DNA of 64,000 nucleotides from the human T2T-CHM13v2.0 reference genome, Homo sapiens (GCF_009914755.1 NC_060929.1), one strand, 5' to 3'. Shown: positions 26,015 through 40,759, numbered from the stretch's first letter. The notes: a model not told the origin generated them from the sequence alone. Numbers and translations are program-made.

Positions 26015-26760
26015 CGGATAGGTTACAAGATATTAAGTAGAATATATGTAGAGGGAAATAACACATATGTAATTGGAATTCCAGAAGAACACATCAGCAT
26101 ATGAGAAAGTAAAAATTTACAGAGATACTGGCTAAGAATGTTGACAAATGATGAACACCAATCCTCAAATTTAAGGAGCTCAATTAAAAGCATAATAAAT
26201 AAAAATTAAACATCTCAATGTCTCATTACAAATCTGCATGATACCAAAGATAGAGAAGAGATATTAAAACCTGCCAGAAAATAAAGGCTGATCACCTATG
26301 AAAGAATGTTAATTAGATTTATAACAACCTCTTAATAGCAAGAAAGAGTACCAGGAAACAGTAAAATCGTATCCTCAATGAGCTGAAAAAAAAAACTCAT
26401 AATGTAGAATTTAATATTCAGCCAAACTATCTTCCCAAACAATAAAAAACAATAATATAGGCAAAGGAAAAAAACTGAAAAAGGCCTCTCATTAAAGAAA
26501 ATTCTAAAGAACACAATGGAGAAGGAAGGAAAATTATCTCAGATGGAAGGACAGAGATGCAAGCAAAAACACTTGTATATATACGGGTAGCTGTAAACAT
26601 CGATTGTATAAAACAATTATTTCTGATAGGGAAGGGAGAAAAGAAGTAAGTCTGACAAAAGAGTACATATTGATTACCTATATATTTTGTTAAATGTGTA
26701 TATTAAAATAGTGAGTGTAATCATTAAAATATCAGTAAGAGTACATAACTGCTAAACAAA
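26015..26760 (+). mobile_element. Old L1 ORF1-region remnant
   Basis: aattggaattccagaaga...gagaagagatattaaaac...agccaaactatc resemble degenerate L1M ORF1. Confidence 0.7.
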
Positions 26761-26781
26761 GAAAAAAATAAGTGCCAGGGA

Positions 26782-27020
26782 ATCCTGATATTCCACTGAC
26801 ACTTTCCACTGAGATGATCCAAATAAGGCTAGTGCTCCACTTTAACCAATCAAATATTTCTTTTGCCTTGCTTCTGCATTTGCCTTGTAAAAATCTTCCC
26901 CTCGTGTCCCTTTAGCGGAGCCCCAAACCATCTATGGTCTGGAGCTGCCTGGTTCATGAATCACTGTCTGTCCAAATAAACCCTCTAAGTTTTTAATGTG
27001 CCTCAGTTTATCTTTTATCA
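26782..27020 (+). mobile_element. ERV1 LTR 3' fragment (MER34-like)
   Basis: ccaatc, aataaa signal and terminus aatgtgcctcagtttatcttttatca. Confidence 0.7.
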
Positions 27021-27272
27021 AACAAAAGAAGCAAGTCATAGAGGAATACACACAGTATGATTACATCTATATAAAGAAACAAAAATAGGCAAAACGTAAT
27101 TATATAGAATTACACAGGTGACAAAATCTATGCTAAAATGTGCCAACCTAAGAGTATAGTGAGGAAGACTCTGAAAAATTGAATATCCACATCCAAAGAT
27201 TACAGATTAATATCTCAGGGTGGTCTCACAGGACACATCAGGCCAAGTGATTTCATCCTCTACAGTAGCATA

Positions 27273-27303
27273 TGTAATTCTGATGGCTGCCACTAAGTGG
27301 CAG
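27273..27303 (+). promoter_or_regulatory. Candidate CTCF site
   Basis: ccactaagtggcag has one mismatch to CCASYAGRKGGCRS; tgtaattc upstream resembles the U-motif. Confidence 0.4.
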
Positions 27304-28429
27304 TTCATGCTACAGGTTCTGGAAAAAACAAAGAATGCTGAACTATATAAAAGTATGTCACAACAATATCACTAATACTATCATGTTTATAATCTCTTAA
27401 ATGTTAACTACATGTCAGTCCTGTGTTATGTAAAACATTATGAGTCCTCATGACTCAAGCAAAACAGAGGCCCCTTGCTTTGCTAACAATAAATGCAAGA
27501 CAAGTTATTTTGTCAAGGTTACAAAGCACATGGCAAATGACAGGTTCTAATTATATGACTCCAAAGCCTGTTCTCTTTCCACCACTGTTTTGTGAAATGT
27601 ACACAGTGTCTCTTGTAGGATGACAATGATTTATAGACATATATGTTATAATTCAACAATATAAATTCCTTGAGGGTGGGCTCTATATCAGATTTATCTT
27701 TCTTGTATCCTTCAAAGTAAACATTCAATTTTTAAAAAGCCTTAATTATGTAAGGAGAAAAATCTTTTAATTTTTTATTTAATTTTCAAAACTACAATTT
27801 ATCATTACATACATTTAGAGAAATTATCTGTCATTTGAAGAATATCTTAGCTACAAATTCTTTCCTTCAAAGATAGTTTCTGACTGCTCAGTTTCTCATT
27901 ACTCTCATTTCTCATTATCCCCTAAGTAGATCTCACATTTAAGCTTCCTCAGTCTCACTTTGAAGTGTGTTACACATGTGTTAAGCATGAGAGAGCTAGG
28001 CTCTAGTCTTGGCTTCTTTTATTTTAACTACCCTTGACACATGAGTCTCTTTGGACAGTCTGTACAGTGGCTTCAGTTGGGCATTATGAAGCCTCTTCTG
28101 CTATCTTAACCACCTTACATTACATACCAATCTTGGTACTCTTAGTAAGTCATATTCAGTTCTTCTCATTATTAAGTTAATTATCCATTAATTTACTGTG
28201 AACGGAAAAAAATAGCCCTAACTTTAAGATAGTCCATGTTCTCTCTCTGTGTTTTCTTACATCCCATATGGCTTATGTTTTTAAAATATTCCTTTTTACC
28301 TTGATTATTTTTCTGCTCCTAAATCCAATGCATAAGAGAGCAAAAGCTGACAGCAGAGAATTCTTGAGAGACTTCTGTTTCTAGGCCCCTTAACTTTCCA
28401 CCTTATATGTGGTTAAAAACCTAATGTTT

Positions 28430-29420
28430 GTTAGAAAATTTTCAAACATACTAAAAAAAGAAAGAGTAGAATGTACACCCATGAATGTTTCACTCAGATT
28501 TATCAATTGCTAACATTTCACCACATTTGCTTCATTGCTCTCTCTCATCATACATTTTTCTTTGCAAAACCATTTGAAAGTAAATTTCAAACATCATAAC
28601 ATGTTACCCCTAAGTATTCAGCATGCATCTCCTAAGTACTAGGACAGTCTCCTATTAAATCACATTATCATTATCATACCCAAGAAATTTAACTTTGATA
28701 CAATCTTTTTTTTTCTCAGATACAGTCTATCTCTACTTGTCCCAATCATACTGCAGCTTCAATCTCTCAGGTCCAAGTGATCCTCCCACCTCAGCCACCC
28801 CAGTAGCTAGGACCACAGGCACATGCCACCACACTTGGCTAACTTTTTTACTTTTTGCAGAGATAGGGTCTCCCTACGGTGCCCAGGCTGATCTCAAACT
28901 CCTGAGCTCAAGTAATCCTCTGGCTTCCACCTCCCAAAGTGCTGGGATTATAGGCATGAGCCACCATGCCTGGCCCCCAATCATGTTCTTAACAGATTTC
29001 TTTCAATCCAAGATGCAACAAGGGATCATGCAATGCATTTAATTGTCATTCTCCTTTAATTTTTGCTCTTGTGTTTCATCACAATGACAATTTTGAAGAA
29101 TCTGTATCAGTTGTCTTGTGGGACATCCATAATCTTGATTTGTCTGATTGCTTCCTTGTGATTAAATTCAGATTAAACATTTTTTGGCAAGAATACTGTA
29201 AGAGGTGCTGTACTTCCCACAGGATCACAGGATCACATATGAAGGCACATAATAACGATTTTCCGCATTATTGGTGGTGATATCTGATCAACTGATTAAG
29301 CTGCTATCTGCTGGATTTCTCTATTGTAAAGGTACCTTTGCCCTACATAATTAATAATTAGTGAGCTAATATTTTGAGACTACAAAATTATCTTTTCCAC
29401 AGCTTTCCACACGGTCATTT
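28430..29420 (-). mobile_element. Old L1 (L1MC/ME) 3' remnant, interrupted by an Alu
   Basis: ttgctaacatttcaccacatttgc...gatttgtctgattgcttcctt...attcagattaaacattttt. Confidence 0.8.
28706..28975 (-). mobile_element. Alu SINE, AluJ-like, partly deleted
   Basis: Reverse Alu nested in the L1 remnant. Confidence 0.92.
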
Positions 29421-30617
29421 TATCAAGATGAATCTGACAACCTTAGTTTTGTGTGGGTCTCTTATTCCTTTTGGTTGTTACATTAACCAGTCTGTCCTTC
29501 TCAGAATGCTTACTTAAGTAATGGAACCATAGGTTCTTTCGTGAGGCCTATAGTTTTAGCATAACAGTCTGCTGAAGTACTCAGTATAAAGAGTCTCTTT
29601 TTTTCCCTAAATCTTTAGAACTTTATCTGAATTAGAGCTTCAAATACAGTATTTTCCAAAATACTTGCTTCATGGCTCCTATATAGGACAAACTCTGATA
29701 TATCTGCTTGCCTTACATTCCATAAAAAGAAAGAAAGAAAAAAGTCATCCAAATACAAGCAGAACTAAACTAAACCCATCACATTTGAGCCTATCAGACT
29801 CATTGGTTAATAAGAAAATTCTCTTTGCTTCACAAAATTACAGGACAATCTGTCAATCAAACTCCTAACTTGTCCCAAAAAAGAGTTTTACAAGGTTGTC
29901 TGTCACATCTCCAGTGTTCTGTATTTGCTGTGGATCTTACTTTATCAGCTCTAATGAAGCAAACTACACAGAAAGGTGAGATAAGGTTTCTATCAAAATC
30001 TTAATTCCCAAATCGGAAGTCAAGAGGGCAATTCAAGGCAGAGCACAGCCATCTGTAGACACCCAAAAGAAACTTTACTAAAGCAGATACTTACAATAGT
30101 GGAACTTTTTGAGAAAGTACTGACCTAGGCTCAAATGTTACCCATAAAAATCAAAACTAATCTTTCTATTACGCAAAATGGAAAGGCAATTTACATAAGG
30201 ACACCTATGTTTCCATTTACATTTTTACCTCTGCGAAAAACCTGGCAGACATTCAAAGGAAGTGATCTAGGGATGATCGACACGCATTAATGGTTCTAAT
30301 AATGAACACAATATGCTCCAATGACATTCTTTATTCTTAAGAACTTTGATATCAAAGGCAACAAGAATGCTTGAGTTAAATGATTCCTTCTTCCACAGGA
30401 AAGCCTAAATGGTCAGCAGAAATCACAGCAAGTAAGAAATTGTGGTCTCAACCTTCCCATTGTGGTCAGTTTCTTCATTTATAAAAGAAAGAACTCAATA
30501 GGTCCTCAAGATTTTGAATCGCTGGTGAACCTGAATACATAGGTGACTTAGACATAAAAACATTAAGTAGATACTAAAATGAAACAACTCCATGCACTCT
30601 CTCAAAAGATTTAACCA

Positions 30618-31010
30618 GAAGCACAAAATTTAAGGGGGTACCAAAACACTGAAAAGTCAAGATAATAATTTAGTACAATATTTTTTAAGATAAACATTAA
30701 TGCAATATGATGGACAAAATATCAACATTTTAAATTAACGCTGCTGTTGTTTGATAATCCTCCACTATTATGCAATGAGAATGGTCATTTCTACTCAACT
30801 GGTGGAGTCCCCCACTTGGAAGGACACAATGGTGTCCAACAGGTCGGGCATTGTGGATCTTTCTATATAGTCAATTTTTTTTATTGTAGAGCTTTTATTA
30901 ACTTTTTTCATTTGGTACAAAATATGAGGGGATATACTGATAAGTGCATATACAGGCATACTTTCTTCTATATTTTTGCCTCGGGCTCTAGTATGATTCA
31001 GCAGGATACT
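30618..31010. mobile_element. hAT-type DNA transposon fossil (Tip100-like, subfamily uncertain)
   Basis: gcacaaaatttaagggggtaccaaaa...caagataa and tttttgcctcgggctctagtatg resemble termini recalled for this group. Confidence 0.55.
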
Positions 31011-31237
31011 GGATTTAAGGATTCAGTCTGTCAGCTGATACAGCATGAAGATACTTAAAACTAAATGCCTCTACTACAGGATCTTTCAGTCTCATAAAAA
31101 TGAAGAGTCAGTTTTACAAAAAGTAAAGTGAAATACAAAGTACCATAGAGAGAAAAAAATATCCTGGAATTCAGGGAGCATCATGTATCCTTCTGTTGAG
31201 AGGCATGAAAATTAGAAAAGGACCCCTGGAAGTGATA

Positions 31238-31727
31238 CAGGATTACCATATTTAGTAAATAAAAATGCAAACATTGCATGAGATATACTAAAAAGTATTT
31301 CTTGTTTATGTAAAATTCAGATTTAACTGGGCATCTTATATGGTTTGGCTGTGTCACCACCCAAATCTAGAATTGTAGCTCCCATAATTCCCATGTGTCG
31401 TGGGAGGAACCTGGTGGGAGGTAACTGAATCATGAGGGCAAGTCTTTCCCATGCTGTTCTCATGACAGTGAGTAAGTCTCATGAGATGTGATGGTTTTAT
31501 AAGGGGGAGTTACCCTGCACATGCTCTCTCTCTCTTTCCTGCTGCCATGTAAGGTGTGACTTTGCTCCTCCTTTGCCTTTCACCATGATTGTGAGGCCTC
31601 CCCAGCCATGTGGAACTGTGAGTCAGTTAAGCCTCTTTCTTCATAAATTACCCAGTCTTGGGTATGTCTTTATTAGCAGTGTGAGAACACACTAATACAG
31701 CAGCCTATATTTTATCTGGCAATCCTG
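31238..31727. mobile_element. MER53 palindromic MITE split by a THE1 LTR
   Basis: Inverted termini caggattacca and tggcaatcctg; aaattcagatttaactgggcatc core. Confidence 0.82.
31336..31699 (+). mobile_element. THE1 (C/D-like) solo LTR
   Basis: atatggtttggctgtgtc...ctaataca; TSD gcatc/gcagc. Confidence 0.95.
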
Positions 31728-32577
31728 ATACGGTAGCATATAAATTGAATCTTGAAATATGGATCTAAACTAAAAATTTCTATTTTATTATTTGGAAACT
31801 ACTATTCAACTAGGAAGCATTATGATACATGGCACTGAAGTGAATTAACCAACTAGCAGGATAACACTGGATAAGCTACTTCTTTGAATTTAGTTTTTCC
31901 ACTTAATATAATGATACAATTTGTTCTGCATACTTTGCAGGGTTGGTAGGCTCAATAAACCTGATATTAAATATTTGTGAAAAAGAATTACAAGGTATAA
32001 GTAATGAGAAAATAAGAATTTAAGATAAAGTTTTATTGTAGAGACTAGCCTTCACGTTGCTGATCTACTAGGTGGTAACCCCACAGTTCCATGATCAGCA
32101 CTTGGTCCATGGACAATAACATCTGTGACTAAGAGTTAGGAAATTTCATTAAAAAAAATATCAAGGTTGGGCCAGCTTGCCTTCTTGAACATGGAGCTTC
32201 ATTTAAAGTCAGAACCATCCTCTGACACAGGGTTCAATCCATGAGAACACTCTCTACACTGTTGTCAGGACTGGTTACAGATGATTAATTATTGTGCAAA
32301 ACTGTGTTTAAAAACTGTTTTTAAAACATCCAAAATGCTCAAACACCGTTTATACCTGTATCTATGAACCAACTAGGTGTCCAGGGCCCAATTAACCTGT
32401 ACAATTTTCCTTCTTGCAGGAAGTGTTTCTTTCTTGTGGCTATATAGGAACTGTCACATAGCCCAAATGAGCTCACTCTGCCAACAAATCTGCCTCAAAT
32501 CTGCCAACAAATAGCCCAAATGAGCCCACTCCTCAAATCTGCTAACTGGGACATCAGGTAAATGGTGGGTTACTTTA

Positions 32578-33348
<771 letters not shown>

Positions 33349-33744
33349 TTAGGAAGGACCTAATCCTTACAGACTGCTCTGAAAGCAGGAAGCAAAAAAT
33401 GAAGTCAAGAAACGGGATTTCCATAAATTGAATGAACAGATTAGAGATTAACAAGAAATCAGGCCACCCTTCAGACTTAATAAGAAAAAATAACCTAATT
33501 TGCCACTTTCCTCTAACTACCAGTAAAATTAATCTAATAAAACTAATATTCATGATAAGCTGATCAAATCTTTTGTAACCAAGTAGGGAACAAATTAAAC
33601 ACATATAAACTCAAATACAATATATATACACATTTTAAACCTCTGGTGAAGTTTCTTGGACAGAAAAAACTGAGATATTATAATACATACAGCAGGTTCT
33701 TACAGCTGTTTGTGGTTTCCGATGAGAGATTAATACAAATTTTA

Positions 33745-34041
<297 letters not shown>

Positions 34042-35617
34042 TTAGTTGTGGGCTCTACAATTAACCCCCAAGTAGCTAGGAGGGGTAAAACTCTCTGAAC
34101 TTTGAACAATGAGCAACATTTTGACTAGCAGATCCCTGGAATGCTTAGTAAGAATTTATTTTGATTTCTGATGAACTTACAAGTGTGCCTTCCTAATTTC
34201 TCTAGCTCCTAGTCCATAAACTGATTTTCTGTAAACGCCTAAAATGCCATCAGAGTTCAGATATAAATTAGTCCTAGAATAAATTATGATTTAGAACAAA
34301 AAATAAAAGTAAGAATTCCTTAAGGAATCCATCTTGCAATAAACACTTTATGCCCTCAGGTTATTTTCAATTTTAATTATTATCCTTCTCTGCATTTTGC
34401 TTTTAAAATTTAATTTATAGCATATCAAAATTACATAATTCTTATATGCTGCCTGGAAAATTAGAGTACTATAAATAAAAAGGCTACCTTTTGCTGGAAA
34501 AAAAGACACTAAAATGTAGCTTTAATTTTAATTTCAAAGAAGCAACCTAGAAACAGTTCAGATTAGCTGAGGACAGTCTTATCCACCATAAACTATTAAA
34601 ACTTGGGAAGAATATTTGCTATAACCCTAATAGGGAATTATTCTTATTTTTAATTTTCCTTCTCATGATTTCTATTACAATAGGCATCAGATCATACTTT
34701 AGTTATTGGTTCATACATATGATAAGAGATCACGTTATTTATTTACTTTTTTGTGTCCAGCACCTAGCACAGTGTCAGAATATATTAGGTGTTCAGTATA
34801 CATATATATATATACTTGAGTTCATAAAATTAATTGAGAAGACAAAATCCTCTATGAAATGTAAATTGTATATACTCAACATAGGAAAAAAATCAATATA
34901 TTTGATATCACTAAATAATTTCTGGAAACATGTACAGTAATATGGGTTGTAACTACATAATCCTATTTATATATCTTAGACATATTAAACCGAAGTATTT
35001 TTTTTAAGTCATCATTTTTACAACGTTGAGAGTTAAAATTTCCTGGAGTAAAGAAAGTATCAAAGTTTGTGGAAATTTTAGCATCCTATTAGGAATCAAT
35101 CCCTAATTGTTTTTGCTTTTTCCTTACTTAAAGAAATTATAAATGTGTTGTTATAAAAATATTTGGTATAAATAAGTTTTCATCTTATTTCATAAAAGCA
35201 AGTTTCAGGAATCACTTTGTGACTCTATCTAAAATTGCTTTTCCTTGAAATATATTTTTAGTTTTATATATCAAATAAAAACAAAAGAAAAAATTAAAAG
35301 GAGCAATTAAACTCGTGTTCTAATCTGAAGTTCCAAGAATAATAATTTGTTTCTAATGCAAATATGTTAGCACATTTGCATGGCAAACAGACACCAGAAA
35401 AATTAAAACAATTAAATTAGTGAGGGCCAAGACAATTAGTTATATGAAGGACTAAACTAACAGTCTTTCAAAATTAAGTTATATAACTTTATTTCTAATC
35501 ATTCTTTAAATAATCTATATTTTCCATATTTAAAAATAAGAATTTCAATAAATCTATTTTATACAATGAAACAAAACACAAGAGTTAGATCTAGCTCTTA
35601 GATATGCAAATACCTAC

Positions 35618-35688
35618 CATCTGATAATATGCATCATCTAGTATTCGATTTTCCAGTTCATGCACTCCTATCTATGGCACTGAACAAA
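35618..35688 (-). other. Candidate cryptic or alternative exon
   Basis: Minus strand: T-run-ccag acceptor, 71 nt, donor ATG|gtaggt; internal ccatag acceptor gives an open 54-nt exon. Confidence 0.3.
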
Positions 35689-36549
35689 CTGGAAAAAAAA
35701 AAAAACTAGGCTAGGGAAAACATACAAATGTGATATAATTAGAGAAAAAAATTAAATAAATAAATGAAAGGGGAAAGGTTTCTGTCCAAAAGACTTTTCC
35801 ATTGCAAATAATTCATTTCCTTTGACAACACAGTAGTATTAATACACATTCCGTGAACAAATGTCCTAAAATTCTAAATCACTACTAAATTACATTATTT
35901 CATATAGATCTAGTCATGAAAACATGTCAAGGTATCTCTTACAGGAAGGTTCGTTTTTTTAAAGGGAAAATATAGGAAAACTCACAAATAAAACTTTTTT
36001 ATTTCAAAAGATCATGTTTGCTGTATTCTACGAACAGTTTTAGAAACAGTCTGTGAAGGCTCAATAACCAGTGAAATGAACTTTGATTTTTCTTTAAAAA
36101 AAAAAAACTAAAACTAAAATCTGTAGGTAAATTACTATTTAGCATATTATATGCAAAATAAATTCATATAATGGTACTGTTTGAGCTGAGCCATATTTTA
36201 AGAAATATAAATACTTGAGAAAAAGAAAATATTAAAAAAAACTGAGAACCACTAATTTTTACTTGATAGAAATTAAAAACAAAAATGTAACCCAGTTTAG
36301 CTTTTTAAAAGTTCAATGTTAAGCAGAATGAATGCATCAATTCTATCTATATACCACCTTTCAACCCTAACTTCCCAGACAATGGTAACTTTCCATTAAT
36401 ACTCATTGCCATTTTATTTCATTTAATGTGTCTGCTTAAAAAATAGAGAAGAAAAAGAAAAGAGGGGAAGTTCACAGAAAAAGCAAGAAGTAGATGTAAA
36501 TAATCAAACTTTACTTACAAAACTTGCCTCTTGAATATCTAGAACATAC

Positions 36550-36990
36550 AATCAGGTATATAAAGGAAATAAAAGGTAAAAATCCTAGAGAAGACTGGGC
36601 AAATTTATCCTTATTTTCAGATGATGTAACTGTCTACTTTCAAATTCAAGAGACTCATCTATAAAACTATTAAAACTCATCTATAAAACTATTAAAATTA
36701 TTAAGTTCAGAAAGATGATCAATTATAAAATTAGTATCCATAAGTATATTAAAGTGTACAAAAAGTATATTCTCATTTACCAACAACGAATTAGAAAACA
36801 CTGAACCAATATAATTCACAATAGCCAAAAACTTATTGGATACATAAAAGTAAATTTAACATTAAGTATACAGAAATTTTAATAAGAAAATTAAAACCTC
36901 AAAAAAGGGGCTTAAGCAAATAGGAAGTAGTGTGTCTTAAAATACTTTAAAGATATCAAATTTCCACAAATAAAACTATAACTGTAAAGC
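36550..36990 (+). mobile_element. Old L1 ORF2 (RT region) remnant
   Basis: ttattttcagatgat encodes LFSDD, a decayed form of the L1 LFADD motif. Confidence 0.75.
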
Positions 36991-37004
36991 AGTGACAGTG
37001 GGGC

Positions 37005-37014
37005 GTGTGTGTGT

Positions 37015-37047
<33 letters not shown>
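37005..37047. repeat. (GT)n microsatellite
   Basis: Directly visible, one interruption. Confidence 0.97.
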
Positions 37048-37873
37048 CATCCACATTTGCACATGTGCATCCATGTGCCCAGGGTGAGGGGAGGTAGAGG
37101 CTGACATTATTTAAACATTAAAAAAATAGAGAGACTGGAGCAGAAGGAACAGGGCCAGGCACTATTCTGGTGACATACAGACCAAGGATTAAAGATCCTA
37201 AAATCAATTCATCCAAAATTTGATTTCTAGAGAATCAGGATAATAGTCACTGATTATGCAGATAAGTGGAATGTCTTAACTCCGGTTTTAATTACAGCAA
37301 ACTAGGCTCAGTAGGAAGTTTAAGGTAATCAACCATGAAATATTCAGATTAGGGAATTTAAGACAATAGCATCTGGAAGCTAAAACAATAAAAGAAAGCT
37401 TGATGAGTCTTTTTGGTTTTACATTTTCTCTGTGGTGTAGAAGATACCAGAAGAGATAAATATAGCTATGGAGAGCTTCAAAAAGTGGAAGATACACCTG
37501 GAATCTCACTGGAACAAGGAAAAGGGAACCAGCATAATATAAATGTTTCTGACAAGTGAGTGGTGGTATTTCAATTAGTAATGCAATCTTTTAGATTTAG
37601 ATGGGTATCAGAGAATAAAGATCAGAATGTCCTTGACCTTATTACTACAGACAGTTACTCTAAACAGAGAAATCTACAACTCAATATCAAGATGTAGGTA
37701 TTTTCTCATATCCCTCAAAAATCTAAGCCAAACGACTTTCCTTTCGCTTTTTCTTACTTCAAAACACGATGAAATTTGATCCATAAAAATCCTACAGCAA
37801 AGGACAATTTAGGAAGACAACCTTTCAGATCTGTAATAATCCGTTGATAATGTGATACAACCTGCATAGCATA

Positions 37874-38230
37874 TACTACGGTGTGAATGTCTGTGTCCCC
37901 TGAAAACTCATATTTTGAAACACTAACCACCAAGGTGATGGTATTGGGAGATGGGGCCTTTGGGAAGTGATTGGTCAGAGGCAGCATCCTTCTGAATGGA
38001 ATTCACTACCGTATCAAAGAGACCCCAAAGAGGTAGTTCCTTCCTCTACTATGTGAGGACTCAGTGAGAAGGTGCCATCCATGAACCAGGAAGTGGGCCC
38101 TCACCAGACCCCAACAATGCTGGCACTCTGTTCTTAACTTCCAAGCCTCCAGAAATGTAAGACATAAATTTTTGTCATTTATAAGACAGTTTATGGCATT
38201 CTGTTATAGCAACCTGAATAGACTAAAACA
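37874..38230 (+). mobile_element. MLT1A-type MaLR solo LTR
   Basis: gaatgtctgtgtcccc...gtgatggtattgggagatggggcctttgggaagtgatt...gttatagcaacctgaatagactaaaaca. Confidence 0.92.
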
Positions 38231-39579
38231 TCGTGTAAAGATACACTCAAAAGTGTTCGGATAGACTTTAAATAATGGGTGAAATTAATGAAAATATCTC
38301 ATTTCTATCATATTTTCTTAACTTGTACTAAATCCACGATGTCTTTTACGAGCCAAAATCCCCTAAATACTACATGAAGATATAAAAGCAGAAATAGTAA
38401 TGATAAATCAACTTAGGTCCCAGGATTATTTTCTCATTAGGAGAGTAAAAATTTATACACTTTCTCTATATGTAAAAAGAAATATGATTGCAATAGTATA
38501 CAATGCATGATTACATAGATATCCCTGTCAAAAAAAATTTAGAAAAACCTTAATCTCAACAGATTATTTTGCTTTGTCAAATACCTAAAAATAAAAGGGC
38601 TAACCAGTGATTTGGAGGACCTATTTGTACTCACGTTGGCCAGGTTTTACAAAACCCAGATCTTAAAATTTATGATGAGCCACAATGAAAAGACATACAG
38701 TTAATATAGGTTGCTTGCAATAATCTCTTCTCTGCAGCACCAAAGGCTTTTAATAGGGTAAGTGTACTATAATACCACGATTAGATTTATATGTCTTAGA
38801 AAACGGGTTACACACTGATGAACAGCATTAAATTGATATAATGGCTCTTAGTGGTTATAAATGTAGCTTTTTCCTACTTTAATTGGCAATGACTAGACTG
38901 ACCTTTTCTCTATAACTGTAACTACAGTATAGTAATTAGACAAACCACTACTTTCTTGTGAAACAAAGAGAAGAAGAAGAAAGTTCTCAGTTAGTAGCTT
39001 TGAGAATATAGAGTGAACTGGGTTGGCATTCTACTGGGGCAAAATGAGCAACCAATAAGAAGAATAGTTTTTCATAAATTATGTCCTATGTTTAGTTGAA
39101 TATCTGAACTACAGACAAAAATTCCATAGGGAAGCCCTTTTCATATACTAGAGGCAGCCACCCTGAAGACTAAAACTAGACCTAAAAACAGGGTTTAAAG
39201 TCAAAAAGTGAATTCAGCTATTATTTAAGACAGTTAGAGAAAGGACTAGAGAAGAGAGAAGTTTACTCTCAAAGATCTAAAAATAATAATGATTTAAAAC
39301 ACCAAACTGTGGTCCATGCACATGCACCTTTTTTGGGCCCACATAATTCTGTGGGGAGGTAAGAGTCTTGACAAGGGCCTTATTGGAAAGTTAGCTGCCG
39401 TCAACCCAGAGGATTTATGGCTGAGGCTGTGAAGGGAGCCATTTCCCTTGCTGAGAACAAGAACGCTTTTCTTCACCCTGCTTTTGGGCCTCTGAGAAGG
39501 TCAACTAGTTCCCAAGCCTTTAAGCCTCCACATTGGGAAACACTAGGTTCCTGGAGGAGAGGTAGGGGAAGAGAATTTA

Positions 39580-40090
<511 letters not shown>

Positions 40091-40759
40091 CTACCCATTT
40101 GCATCCCAAGATCTACACAGAGGTTAGACCTTCCTCATCAGCTGTAATAACCAGCAGGCATTCACACCACTGGGCAATAATGAATCAACTCGGGGTCCAG
40201 GATTACTTTCTCATTAGGATAATAAAAGCATATTCATTTTCTCCACATATGTAAAGAAATTTGGTTGCAATAGGAATTTTTAGTTAAATACTATATCCCT
40301 GTTAGTAGTTCCTAAAAGTAAGTTAGAAAACCTAAGTGAGAACCAGGGACCATCTTTCATCAGCAAGAGCAATGATCTTAGACATATAAAAGGCAGGTTA
40401 AGGAATTTATTGTACAATGTGTGAAAATCTAGGTTAAAGAAAAGTACAATATACAGTAATTAAAAACTGTCCACGTATGCAAATTGGAGACCATTAATTA
40501 TAGGAACAGCAAATAAGGTTTCAGAGCATGCTCAGCAGCGTTAAAAGGGATAAATAGAAATTATGAAAACGTAAAGTGGCAAAAGCATTATACAATTATT
40601 GCTAAATTATAAACTCTATGAGGCAAATATTGCTAAATTATTAATTCTGTGGCAAATTCATGTTAAATTTTAAACTATGTGAAGGTAGGAAATCCAAATG
40701 TTCTACTCACTGCTTTATTCCAAATGCTGGATCAAGGTAGGAGCTCAATAAACACCTGG

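Noticed and set aside
32140-32300. B-box-like gggttcaatcc suggesting a tRNA or tRNA-derived SINE
   Set aside because: No cloverleaf or convincing A-box; at most a very old SINE relic
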